DNA of 64,000 bases, taken from Lineus longissimus (lineage: Eukaryota). Position 1 is the first letter of the stretch; the number at the start of each line of letters is the position of its first letter. The stretch covers positions 2,790,001-2,854,000 of the forward strand of contig NC_088308.1 in NCBI RefSeq assembly GCF_910592395.1, given 5' to 3'. A model generated the notes under the pieces. That model ran no database searches. It was not told the origin of the DNA and saw only the letters and a program-made list of their open reading frames with translations. A program made the translations under genes and the position numbers. This document shows positions 52,101-64,000 of this stretch, one piece after another.

Positions 52101-55100
52101 CATGCAAGAGAATATAAATTTAGATCTGAGGAGCCCAATCCTAAGTATCAGACCTACACAAAGAATATATACAGAAAGTGCAAACTTGATTTAAATCTTG
52201 TCTCTGTAACTGTCACAACCAAGTAGAAAATCCATTTGAATTAAACTATTAGCTGGTATATCAAAGAGAAACAACTCTGTAACAATTTAATGTAGCACCT
52301 AATCAGAGCCTAACAGGTCTGAGCATGATTCAAACGGCCATGATTGAGATCTTGTTCCATCTCTCATTAAAATCGTGTTCCTAATTGGACCTCAATTACA
52401 AAATGCAAATGTAAGACTGGTATCATTATCAAGGACCAATTAAATAATAAGCTTGTAATACTGGACAATGGCCTCGGAACAATACCTTTAAATATAACAG
52501 AGTTGGTCCTTGTCTAAAAGACCACCTCACTAATCAATTGGAAATGCAGTTTGACCAGGTGCACTTTCTAGCATTTGTCTGAAATATTCTCATTGTATCT
52601 CTGGATTGCAATATCTTTTATCACAATGGTCTTCTTGGACAAAGCTTGTACAATCTGAGCACACTCTCTTGTTTTGACAAGGACAACTGGACTATTGGAT
52701 TGTGGCTATCAAGTATTCAACAGTGTTTACTTATGCATTTAATAGTACAATACTAAACTAAATATATACTTAAATTGCTGAGTACACAGCTCTTCACAAA
52801 TGTCATCAATGTCTCAAGAATACATTGCCTGGTATATTTTCATATTGCACCTCAGGGCTATTATGTGTTTCTCATTGATAAGTTGTTTATCTCACAAATA
52901 CCAATCATGTCCAGACATAGGGACATTTCATCCATATGGATTGCTCCCTGAAGCAATTGAATGTGCTCTGAATCTGAATTTGATACAAACATTTTGCCAC
53001 TAACATTTGCAAGGTTTACAAAGCTATTTTAGCTAAAAGATCTGCTAGATTCCAGCCATCTATTGTAGACAACAACAGTTTCAAATGCAACATGATAATA
53101 TGATCAAGCACAACTTTTGCTCACTCACAATTAATTCTTTCACATGAGCCATTGACCCTTCCCCACATTGCTACAAAGTTGGCAATCATAATATCAACCA
53201 CCTGTTTGAGTGTGAAATATGTAGATGACTATTCATTGGTTTGTGGAGGTGTCACCATCCTAATACCACAGACCTAGCCATTAAACAGAGGGAAAGTATT
53301 TATCACACATACAAATCATGCCTCAACCCTGGGAACCATATTTGTACATGTAATTGGTCCGTTAGCAATTACCAACAATTCTGATCAAGTTATGCAAATT
53401 CACAACACATGGTGCAAATGCTAACTAATTCAATAAGGTCCTATTCATGATTAAAGTGTATCCCTGTTGAATCAGTTGATCATGACAACGACTAAAGTTA
53501 AGATCAATCCTTCGCATAACTACAAAATGTAGGCCTATCCCAAAGTATGGCCGTACCTTGAGGGGCACAGTCCCCCTGAATCACAGAAAAACAGGTTTGG
53601 AACAACACACGCTCCTCTGATCAAAATCCTTCAGATACCCCTGCGCAGAATACATTAGAGGGGCCAATTGAACCACAGCCCTCCCCGGTGCCTGACTGCA
53701 CCTCTCGAGGCCTTTTCAGACAATTGGTAAATTGACAGAGATGAATTTAAAGAGCAATAGCCCAAAACTTATAAATGTTCAATTCTGGTCTATGCCATGG
53801 CAACAAATTCTCCAAACCGCCCAATATGACATTAAGATCCAAATAATTCATCATCATTTGACATCAATCTAGATTTAGGAAGTGGAATCACCCATCATAG
53901 GACACAAGGACATTTTGAGCACAGGATTGGGACATATGATTTATCAAGCTTGAAACCTGGTTGGCCATGTTGTATATAATAGATGAAGGTGAATGGTAAT
54001 TTAAACTCGGAAGATTGATAATGTCCACAAAGAATTTATTGGAAAACACAAAATCATGTGTCATATAACTGAATCTAATCTCAAATCTAATTTCTCACAA
54101 AATTAGGCTTTTTTGTAACCGGTTAAGATTTTAACTATGAAATAAAGCTCATAAAAAACTTTGTGTTGAGTTGAGAGACTGAGACCTGGATCCTCAGACA
54201 GAGGATAGACAAGTATGGTGCTGCCTATTCAACTATACAGAGTTGCCCCAATGGCCATAGACATGATTTATTGGGACCTTCGAACAGCAAGTAATGACAA
54301 CACAATTGCTGGGTATAAAACCAGTTCCTCTCATCCTTGCAAGAGGCTTATGATTGACAGGAAGGACGATACCCAATAGTACATCACCTAGCCTACTGAC
54401 CAGTGGGCAACCTTCACAGGATTATAGTGATGACATTTGCTTAGGGTGTCCATTACTGAGTCAATATCGATGCTTTGATTGAATGACAATGATATTGATA
54501 GAGGGGGCAGAATCAATTTTGAAAGGACAGGGCTAAAGGCAAAAGGGTTTGTAGTGGCCAGAAGCTAAAGGCTAGTTCATTATTCAAATTTGTTCAACCA
54601 TTGTGTATCATTTGGGTTGCCACAGTCTTGATTTTCAGTCTGAACATCATGGGTTTGAGAACTGAAAGGCACACCGCTTGTCATTCTGGGCAAATCAGTT
54701 TATTTCTGGACTACATCATCCTTTGAATGAAACCCTAAACCAAGATACCCTGTACCTGCATACCCTGCCAAGGCAAGTAGGCCAAAATAAGAAGAAGACA
54801 GACCCAGTCTACTCTACAACTATTTGATAGTGCTGACTGCAAATGTGACAGTGATGATGACAAATCAAAATACTCAACAAAAACCAAATCAGTTCATCAT
54901 CATTTCCTTCTTTACATGTACCACATTCATCCCGCAAAAACAACTTCTGCATATTATGAATAACGTCTTTTGGGACGTCATCTCAACTTAGGCAAATACT
55001 GAAAGTAATGGAAACAAATAGGCTGTGAAAACATCCTCTCAACGCTACGCTATGTTCATAACTGGCAGCACACGAACCAGACTTCACGCCAGCAATGAAT

Positions 55101-57480
55101 TTATAGGCAGACATTTGAATGATTTACCATTGTTTCTCCCAATGGTGATAATGCTCAAGGTTCCACAGCCACGATGCTTACAAGTGATATCATAGCTGGC
55201 GTCAATAGGCTTTGCAAACTATCTCATAGTCACAGTATCACCTTCATTATGGTTTTATTTCCTTGGTGTAGATACTTTCAACGTCTTGGCTGTGCATCAG
55301 TTATGTTAAGTGGCTGTATATCGCTTGTATTCTTTACAACTGTACTGTCACAGAGAGCTTTACATCTATTTCCCAAGCTCATCCAGAAACCTTCCTGTGA
55401 AACCCAGGAGTGCACATACCACGTTATCCTTTGCCATTTCAGGCCAGTTGGAAGTACCGAGTGGCACCGGCATTGAACCACTGCTCTTCCCAATATAGAG
55501 CTAAAGAATAGCTAAGATCACTGTCCCATCACACAACCAATTTCCTATTCATTAAAAATAATGTTTGTAGGGATATCGGGATATTGGGATATTTCTTTTG
55601 ACATCTTCATCTAAAGGATTGTTACTAAAATGACGTGAATGACTTTGGAAAAAAAATTTCTCAGCTGCCATCGCAGAAACTGATAGCTCACTATCTGTTC
55701 TGATAATGTGCAACAACAAATCCTTCTATTAGTCTATGAATCTATAAGGACTACCACCACAATCAAACACAAAGGCACAAGAGTCTCACGTAATGGGTAC
55801 GGTAAATCTCGCATAATTTTTGCTCAATTTCTTACGACTGTCATCGCAGCAGCGAGGCAAAAAGAGAAAGCAAGGAGTAGAGGCTGCATTAATAATAGAA
55901 GCTTTCAATGGATTTATTGTGAGCTGAGTGAAGGGAAGATGAAAAGAAAGTGTGGTAATATTCCATCCATCTCAGCAGAGTGTCATTTTCTGCTGAAGAT
56001 GAATTGGAAGGAGAAAAAGCCGATATATTGTCGGCTTTCATGTGAGAATAGTTAGGTTTTCTCAAAGACCAAGTCGGTGTAAACTAAATTACAACTTTAC
56101 TGTTACAGTGGAACCCCGGTCAGGTCCTTCAATCCCAAAGTTATAATGTTGTGACTCATAAAATAATCCTTAATTGTGAGGGATTGACAGTATTTAACAG
56201 CAACACCCTGTATCTTACACTAAACTGATTATAACAAAGATCGATAAAACCTGATTCAATTGTGGTTGTCCCAAGCCTTCCTTTCAGATATTTGCCCTCT
56301 TGAACTCGAGCAACCAGATCACTGCTTGAAGTCTGGAACCAACAGCTTTGAGAAACCATAGGAAATCAATTGAAGGTGTGATGGATGAGCCATGTTCACC
56401 ACAGCTCATCCGACAGCTAGACAAACAGCGGCGACAAGCAAATTGACAGAGATATTGACAAAGAAAGATTTAATCCACGGCTTGAAAATGAAACCATTCT
56501 GAGGACACTTATGATTAGATTTATATCAGCTTTATTGACAGAAGAAATGACTGTTTGAAGCTAATTATAGAGTCAGACAGAAATTAAATTTGGCTGCACA
56601 GAGTTACTCTTTCAGCATTTCTGATGCTCTTTTGGAATTCCTCTTCAAATATCTAAATTTGAAAAGATGCGGTCATCATCTGGTAAAAAGTAGCCTACAT
56701 TGTGCGCCAAACTCATGAAGACAATCATTGGCAGTGCTGTCATCCTTGGTAGGCAGGTATATTCAATCTTTACACAGAAGGATACGATATGCTGTGTCCA
56801 GCTGTCTCTCGGACAAGGTGTCCATGACTGAAGGTGTAACTGCAGTCTTTTGCATAAGGCAGAGTAGGTCCAGTTACTTCGGATATCCGCCAGACAAACT
56901 CTAAATTGCATGTATTTCCTGAGGTACATCCACTATGGGACAAGCGCCAAATTATCCAATAGTTCACCCAATCAAATATATCTTGCCAGCAATGTCTCCT
57001 TCAATGGCATAACTTAGGCATTATCTCTATAGCTACAGGAATCCCCATGCGAGGAAGACCACTTTGTCATTTTCCTTAGGGATTTTGAGATGAGAAATGG
57101 AAATGGAAAATTGACCACTGGAGAGAAGTACGGAACTAGAACAAGAGTTCCATTATAACAGGATTGCTTCTCAACACCTTTTATTGACCGAATCTGACAT
57201 GAGATATTTTGTTTTTAAAGCATATGGTATGTTTCTTTAGCATTTGTTAACATAAGTGCACTGAAGCTGAAGAAAAGGCTCCAACCCAACATCAATTGTT
57301 AATGCCAGAGGAACCAAAGTCATCCCAAACTCATTTAGCAAAATGGCCTCAAATATGTGGCAACCTCGAATGGTCCCTGAAGGTTCATAGGTCCTTTCAA
57401 CACACAATCCCACAAAGGACCACTCAACTTCGACACACCAATTTAGAGATCCCTAGCGACCAGAGACATCAAAGGAGCTA

Positions 57481-57493
57481 GTTGCCTAGCAAC
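57481..57493. promoter_or_regulatory. RFX (EF-C type) motif GTTGCCTAGCAAC
   Basis: 13-bp spacing variant of the RFX inverted repeat. Motif match only. Confidence 0.4.
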
Positions 57494-60400
57494 TGAATTG
57501 TGATGGATTTTTTCAAGAGAAGGTATTTTGTATTTATTTCATTGTTTTGGGTGTACTTTCCTTATGCCCTGTCATCAGTAAAGTCATTAGTAACTGCTCA
57601 ATCCAAATAACCAGGACCAATTTTTGATGGCCATTCGTAAGACCAATATTAAATTTGGCAAACCACCAACTATGTTAGCACAATTCCAGATGAGCAGTAG
57701 CCAAAACTGGGATGTGGGCCCAGAATTTGGGACTTCCACCCCATGATTTCATCCCTCATACATTACCGAGAGAACCATAACACATCCGTAATTGTCCACA
57801 GCATATGTTCCAACATGAACCGTGTCTTCCATCGCTGCTATTACAGCTCTAACAAATCTATCTTTATCATGTCACTTTCTACCTAATACTTGTATTTGAT
57901 GGTGGCTTCACTGATTTCCCCTGATACTGATTGACCATGGTCAACAACCTGCAGCTATATGATTTATTGATAGACTTGTCCTTTCTTTCATGTTTGATGG
58001 GTTCTGTACATGATTCATCGCCACAAACTGATTGAAGCCCGTGCACAATAACACAACACGTTCTCTGGCTCCTAGAATCCGGATCACCATCCCAGATTCT
58101 GGAGCATCATTCATGGACCGTCATCCTGTAATATGACACCTTTACTCAAAGGGAACCATTTCAATCAGAACAGATCAGAGTACTTGTGGTTGTCAGAGTA
58201 ACCTGACTTAGAAGTGGAACTTCAATTACTGGTCTACTATTTTCAATCATAGTGCAATCTTGTCTACCATAGCTTTGACATCACTACGCTTAGTGACAGA
58301 TTCAGGCAGTCAGGCAAGGATACCTGTTATGCGAGTGGTCACTGATTTGAATTGGCATCCCCTTTTTCTTGCACCCCTGGATTTGCCCCCAATGTCTTTG
58401 CTCATGTTGTGATTTGAGAATGAGATGTGGCAACACACTGGATGTCGGGATACCATAGTCTATCTGATGATTTGCTAATGTTTTTCCTGCAAATTAAACC
58501 ATTGGGTGGGCATACTCTTTTTCAAATCTATCATCCTAGATGGGGAGATATTATATGATGTTTGCCATGACTAAACATCAGCATTTCAGATTTATTCATT
58601 TGTGTCAAAATGGTGATTATCAAACATATCAAATTGAGTCATTTTTTGACAAAACTATTAAATAAATGCTGCAATTATAATAAAGAAGATTTCAGCCATG
58701 CCACATCAAATTTTACAGCTGAAAAATCCTACGCAACTTTCGAGTTCACATCACTGAACCTGTCATAGAATTTCTGACTCTGGTATTCCAGGATCTAGAA
58801 AACCATCAATCGCAACGTTATCAATTTAGAAAATCACCCATAAATGATGGAGGGGTTTTATGAGAGAATAAGATGCAATTTGAGATAATCTGACGCGATA
58901 TTCCCGTTCCCAGACACCATGGAAACGATGTGTGTTTTTCCATAAAATATGTAAAATGTTCATGGTCGCAGATGCATAATACTTCAACATTTGCATAAGC
59001 TGATCAGGACTGATCACTTTTACCCTGGCTTTCCAAGTAGTAAACTTTTAATGGACACTAGTAATGGCTTCTCAAATTAGAGAAGTCAGAGGTACCCTGT
59101 GGAATTGGCTAATGGCCAACGAGCCACACATGTAAACAATAGCATAAGGTTTTTGCAGGCGTCACCGTTGGGAGCTGATCTCGTGTAGCTAAGGTCCCTG
59201 CGTCAATGAGTGGCTAATTTGCTAATACTGCTGACTGCATTTCCAGAATTACTCAATCCAGGTGTGTCAATGGGTAGTAAGTCAGAAATGTCTAGGTTGT
59301 AATGCGGCTTGAGCCGTTCATCTGAACTCTCTGTTGAAAGGTTCCAGGATAGATCAGTATAGATCAGGATCAAATTGTCTCAAACAATATCATGAATGTA
59401 GTACATTTTTCACAAATTTCTCTCATACCATGTTCAACACAACACCAAAACAGAAAGAAAAAGATCGAGAAAATCTCATCAACAAGAATGTAATGATCGC
59501 AAATTTCTTTCGACAATCCATTTTATCGAGTCGCCCCTCTGGCAATAAGTGGTAATGTGAAACGAATCGAATCTTAATTTGACACAACTATCACTGGAGA
59601 TAATTGCTTTATGCAAAGTCTGAAGTAACAAGCTGACAATGTCTTGATATTAATCTGAGGAATGAACAAGTTGGCTGGCTAAGGGTTGGCACAATCAATA
59701 CATTTCAATAATATACGTTTTGTCTGAGACACTAAAGCTGAAACTGGTGTGTTTTAATAGACACTTCTGAAACTGACGTGTTTCAGTTGTAGACACTGCC
59801 ATGGAGACTCTTTTGTTTTGGCATTACTGTTATAAAAGGTGTGTGTTTGTTCCTCTTCTGCCTCTCTCACATATATAAGCAGCAAAATACCTTCTGTGGT
59901 CAGGTCAGCTGTAACATGCTTAGCAGCAGAAATAGCCAAGAAAAGGAACACCAACTAAACTGCAGGCGATGCATCAGAAAGGTGTCTTTTTACCATTGCC
60001 CTTCCAAAGATGAGGTCAGTTTTTATACAGCTTTGCCTTCAAGTCAACTCTTCTCACCTCACCTTTGCTTTTTCCATTAATGGTATCAAGAGACAAAAAG
60101 TTACAAAGTGGGATCTACTCGAAGGCATCTCTATGTACAGGTAGAGAGTTCCTGTCCAGTGAGTGCTGCAGGAATACATCTGTCATACAGTTTCAACCAT
60201 TATATATTGGTCAGGTTCAAGCAACCTTCTCTAAAATGATATCAACTGGAAGATCTATCAATTCCTGTCACTGACGTCGCCATCTTACAATGGGTCAAAC
60301 CTATTCATGTCAAATTTCATATGACATAAATTCCATCGCGGGTTAAGGTATCCAACCAGAATATTGATCATAATCAAATTTTGGTGACGCTGTAGAGAAA

Positions 60401-60684
60401 TACTTGAAAACAAAGCTATACATCATATTCATCATTTATCAAAAATTTAGGGATAATTGAATTCAATCGGTATGATCCTTCAGCATTAGTTTCTCACTGA
60501 TGGACGAACAGTGCGCCAGGGCGATCCACGAAATTCGATTTGGAGCAAAATACTGCCCATCAAAGGATTGGACTAATGGATGGAGCAATTAGGCATATCA
60601 TTTAATCTAATAAGCATATTCCCTCGGAGCGTAGCATGGAGGTTATATTTGAGGTTAAGCGATTATGTTTGGTTATGAAATGGT

Positions 60685-60970
60685 ATAGCGTGGTGTCAAC
60701 TCAGCGAAGAAGAGGGGCAAGAGCGGAAATCTTTTTTGGGGGTGTCTAATTTGCCCAAGAGTTAAGATGAGGGGAATGGTAATTGAGTTAGATATGACAC
60801 TTCTGAGCCCACTCGGGGTTAAGGGATTTAGTGACCAATTGAATCTTTCATGATCATAGCATGGTGTCAACCAATGAAAATAAGGTGCAACATCAGGAAA
60901 TTCTTTTGGGGTGTCAATCTGCCTGAGAGTTGATTGGATGTGGAATGGTGATTGAATTGAATATGAAAAC
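60685..60970. repeat. Old diverged direct duplication, period 171 bp
   Basis: ATAGCGTGGTGTCAAC...GGAAATCTTTTTTGGGGGTGTCTAATTTGCCCAAGAGTT...GGAATGGTAATTGAGTTAGATATGA (60685-60800) recurs as ATAGCATGGTGTCAAC...GGAAATTCTTTTGGGGTGTCAATCTGCCTGAGAGTT...GGAATGGTGATTGAATTGAATATGA (60856-60970). Confidence 0.8.
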
Positions 60971-63900
60971 GTCTGAAACAAAATGGCTTTAGAGATTTGG
61001 TGTCATAGGAGGGAAGACATACAGTTGTTTCAGAAGCTAAATGTCAGTGATGGTGGTTAGAAACATAGTGTCATTTCCTATGTCTTATTCTCACAATATT
61101 GTTAGACATTTTAGCAGCTTAGTGGCTTTGGGGACGATGTAGACACCTGGTTCCACAGTGATATGTTCTAGGTGACAAATAGTCGGAAAAGTAGTGTCGC
61201 ATCCACAGTCTTATCCTAGTTGTAACACAATACAAGATGTATCCCAAAATAGATTAACCATGAACACAGAGGAATTAAAGACGTGAGAAGAATTGAAAAA
61301 GAGGCATCCGGGCATAATGTGATGTGTTTCTCGCGTGCAAGGCAATTTACTTATACAAGGAACTGCTGGTCAAATCTCTCAACGGGTCTAAACATAGAAG
61401 AACTAAGTGATCCATGAGTCAAACTGGTTGTCACTTTATCATGAGATGGTGAGAAAGCAGGGATCACTGTATATAGTGACCAATATGTCACTGACCATAT
61501 TTCTCAGTAAAGCCATAACTCAGTTGTGCTTACGATTTTTGTAGTTTTCAGAGTGGACCCAGATGAATACTTTATACTTTCTCTGCCACATTTTCTTGAA
61601 AAGCGAATTCTGTAATTGGATGATAAAGTGATCTTATTTGTGTATTTTCATTTATCATACAGAACTATCATTTTTATTTGTGACCTGACCATAAGTAACT
61701 TAGACATTTAAGATTTAAGCTCAGTGACTTTGTCATGCGCAGCTCTCAGGGTGGTTGCTGTACTTATTAATTTCATTCTCATCCATCACAGAATCATCTT
61801 CACCAAACCCTTCCATAATTACAAGCATGCCTTTGGCATCTCATAAACTTTGACAGACACTTTTAAAACGACTTTTAAACTGACTTTAACAATGAGGCTT
61901 ATTCTGACATTAATTAGGTGAGCTCTCTCATTAACAATTAGCTTATAAAACTAAGAAGTTCCAATTTGCATGAATCTGCTGCTAATCGGCTTGCCTAAGT
62001 CAAAGTTCACTGATGAGGTGTCTTGTCTTTAATTGATTCTAGGTAGGATTTTGACATATGTTGTATCCATGAGAGTACTTGCAGGCATTACAAAAAACAC
62101 CAATAAAATTGGCAAGAATTCGACAAAAGAAACTGTTTTGTAACTTACCCAGCTATGAAAACAAGTTTGAGGAAAGCCTTGACTGAGCAAGTAGACAAAC
62201 ATGAGTTAAGATATTGGTGGATGATGTGATTAATCTCTCTTCTGAAGCAGAAATCCATCAAAATTGAAATCAGTTCCAAGAAAGTTATACCAAGCCCAAG
62301 CAGTAATACTGTAAATTGTCTGATAAATGACAAAAATTGAGAAATGTCTCGGGTTGCCTCCTACGAGACTTCCAATCAAGGAAATGAAGGTGTACCAGAC
62401 ACTTATGATTTATACCTGCAGAGCTGGGACAGAGTCGTTTATTATTCATTTGAAAGTATTGCCAATTTTGTCGCGACAAAACGGAAGCCCAAGATGTTGA
62501 TGGTACTTAGGTAATGACCTGGAGGAAAGTTGAGGACTTTTTGATTAAGAAATCGGCACCCGCAGAAAGTGATGGTTGGACAAATATCTCACATTGGCAC
62601 ATTAGCAGGAGTTGGTGTTGGTTGCAAGTTCTTAATGAGAGGCGTCATAGGTTCAATAAAAACAACTGAGAGATACCCATCAGTGTGTAAGCTTGAATTC
62701 TTACTTACTTTGAATATCAAAGAGAAGACACATCTCAAAAGAAGAAGACACGCTGGGCATTTGGTTGCCAGGAAGCAGTTGGGTTGCACGACTGCTTCTC
62801 ATCTTCAGTTCTTAGCCACTTTCAACTACTGAAAGACTTCTCAATCTTACATCATTCCCATCACATCTCACCAGTTCTTATCTACAACCTCACTCTGCCA
62901 TTTACCCACTTCTCTATCGCACCATTATTTTGATGGCCTCTGAATGGTCTTCTGTGTTTTTTCTACCTTTTATATCACACCCAAGATGTCATTTACCAAC
63001 TCATGTATTACTTCTTATCGGTTTGGTAAGATGGCGCAATTGCCCAAATGACAAATAAAATGTCAATATCCTTTGCGCTTGCTTTACATCTACAGGTAAC
63101 TGAATTACCATCTCAGGGGTGTTGATTCTGGCTAGACCTGTGTACCATGGCTGCACATGGAAATGCAAGTTATTTCCGACAAGACCTGTTTCACTGTTTC
63201 CTTGGACATAAAGTAGGATTTCCTGCCTGCAGCACTGTGAATACATCATTGTTGCCTATGAAAAAGCAATTTCTGCCTTAAACTTTTTTCATTGCTTCAG
63301 TTGGACCTTAGTGGATAGACTATTACTTTCACCTTAGAGCCACCACAGAAGAGGCTGCACAACAGTATGAAAAACACTTGAGTTGATGAACACAAAGAAA
63401 CACTTCCCCAGACTCATGTCACGTCAACTAATCCATCAGATTGATGAAACTAATCAACTTGTTGCAAAACAGCAACTCTTTTCCCAACTTGTTTTTGATG
63501 TTAAAGTTTTTGATGTTAACTAGTTGGTAGTTTCTAACTGAGTCAGGTCTGTTGCGAATCTATTGATACTCGATGTCCTCGGACACAGCACTTATCTTCA
63601 TCAAGACAGCTGAAAAATTTAATTTTCCCAAACCCATTTAAACCACAACTCATAAGTGGTATCTAACAGAGTTGGGTCCATCACAAATCTATTTATCATA
63701 GAAAATATTTTGCATATTGGATAACCCTAATATCCTCGAGGGATGCATCGTCCTTAGGGAAAGGGGGCTCAGAGAAACACTAATATTTTACAAATGCACT
63801 AATCTATTTAACTCTGGCTCAGCTGCCAGTGCTATTTGCCTAATGGAACCTTTATTGCCCAGCTTGGATATTTTGAACACCATAAGCCCCTGTACCACTA

Positions 63901-64000
63901 GCTTATGGGATGGCCAACATGACGCCCTAGGGCTTTTTAACATGGAAACTGAAAGCATTATTATCTCCTCAACACAAATCTATTGACAATTTTGATGGAC

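Noticed and set aside
53540..53645. Fragment resembling common GC-tipped MITE ends (similar pieces near 49380-49480 and 58360-58390)
   Set aside because: Too decayed to define termini or target duplications by eye.
56104..56118. TACAGTGGAACCCCG, resembling a pogo/Tigger-type terminal repeat
   Set aside because: No matching opposite end found nearby.

Overview
Eukaryotic, animal-like genomic DNA (AT-rich, apparently CpG-poor, spliceosomal GT-AG introns). The window is mostly intron of one large minus-strand gene encoding an RBFOX / Fox-1 family splicing regulator. Four coding exons are well supported, all phase 0: 33827-34039 (Q/P-rich N-terminal exon starting HMVQ), 21216-21347, 14812-14865 and 4839-4931, the last three encoding most of the RRM. 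I did not find the exon that should continue with VNNATARV, so the 3' end probably lies beyond position 1. The strongest signal is regulatory: the 93-nt RRM exon has the protein's own UGCAUG site over both splice sites, sits in a UGCAUG-rich zone, and is surrounded by candidate alternative splice sites that all lead to premature stops. This looks like an autoregulatory module. Also present: candidate alternative first exons, RFX X-box-like motifs, two 221-bp fold-back MITEs with AWWT target duplications (Sola1-like), a TA-flanked MITE, a decayed tRNA-type SINE head and an old 171-bp tandem duplication. I found no prokaryotic features, CRISPR array, intact RNA gene or second protein-coding gene. 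All alignments and counts were done by eye.
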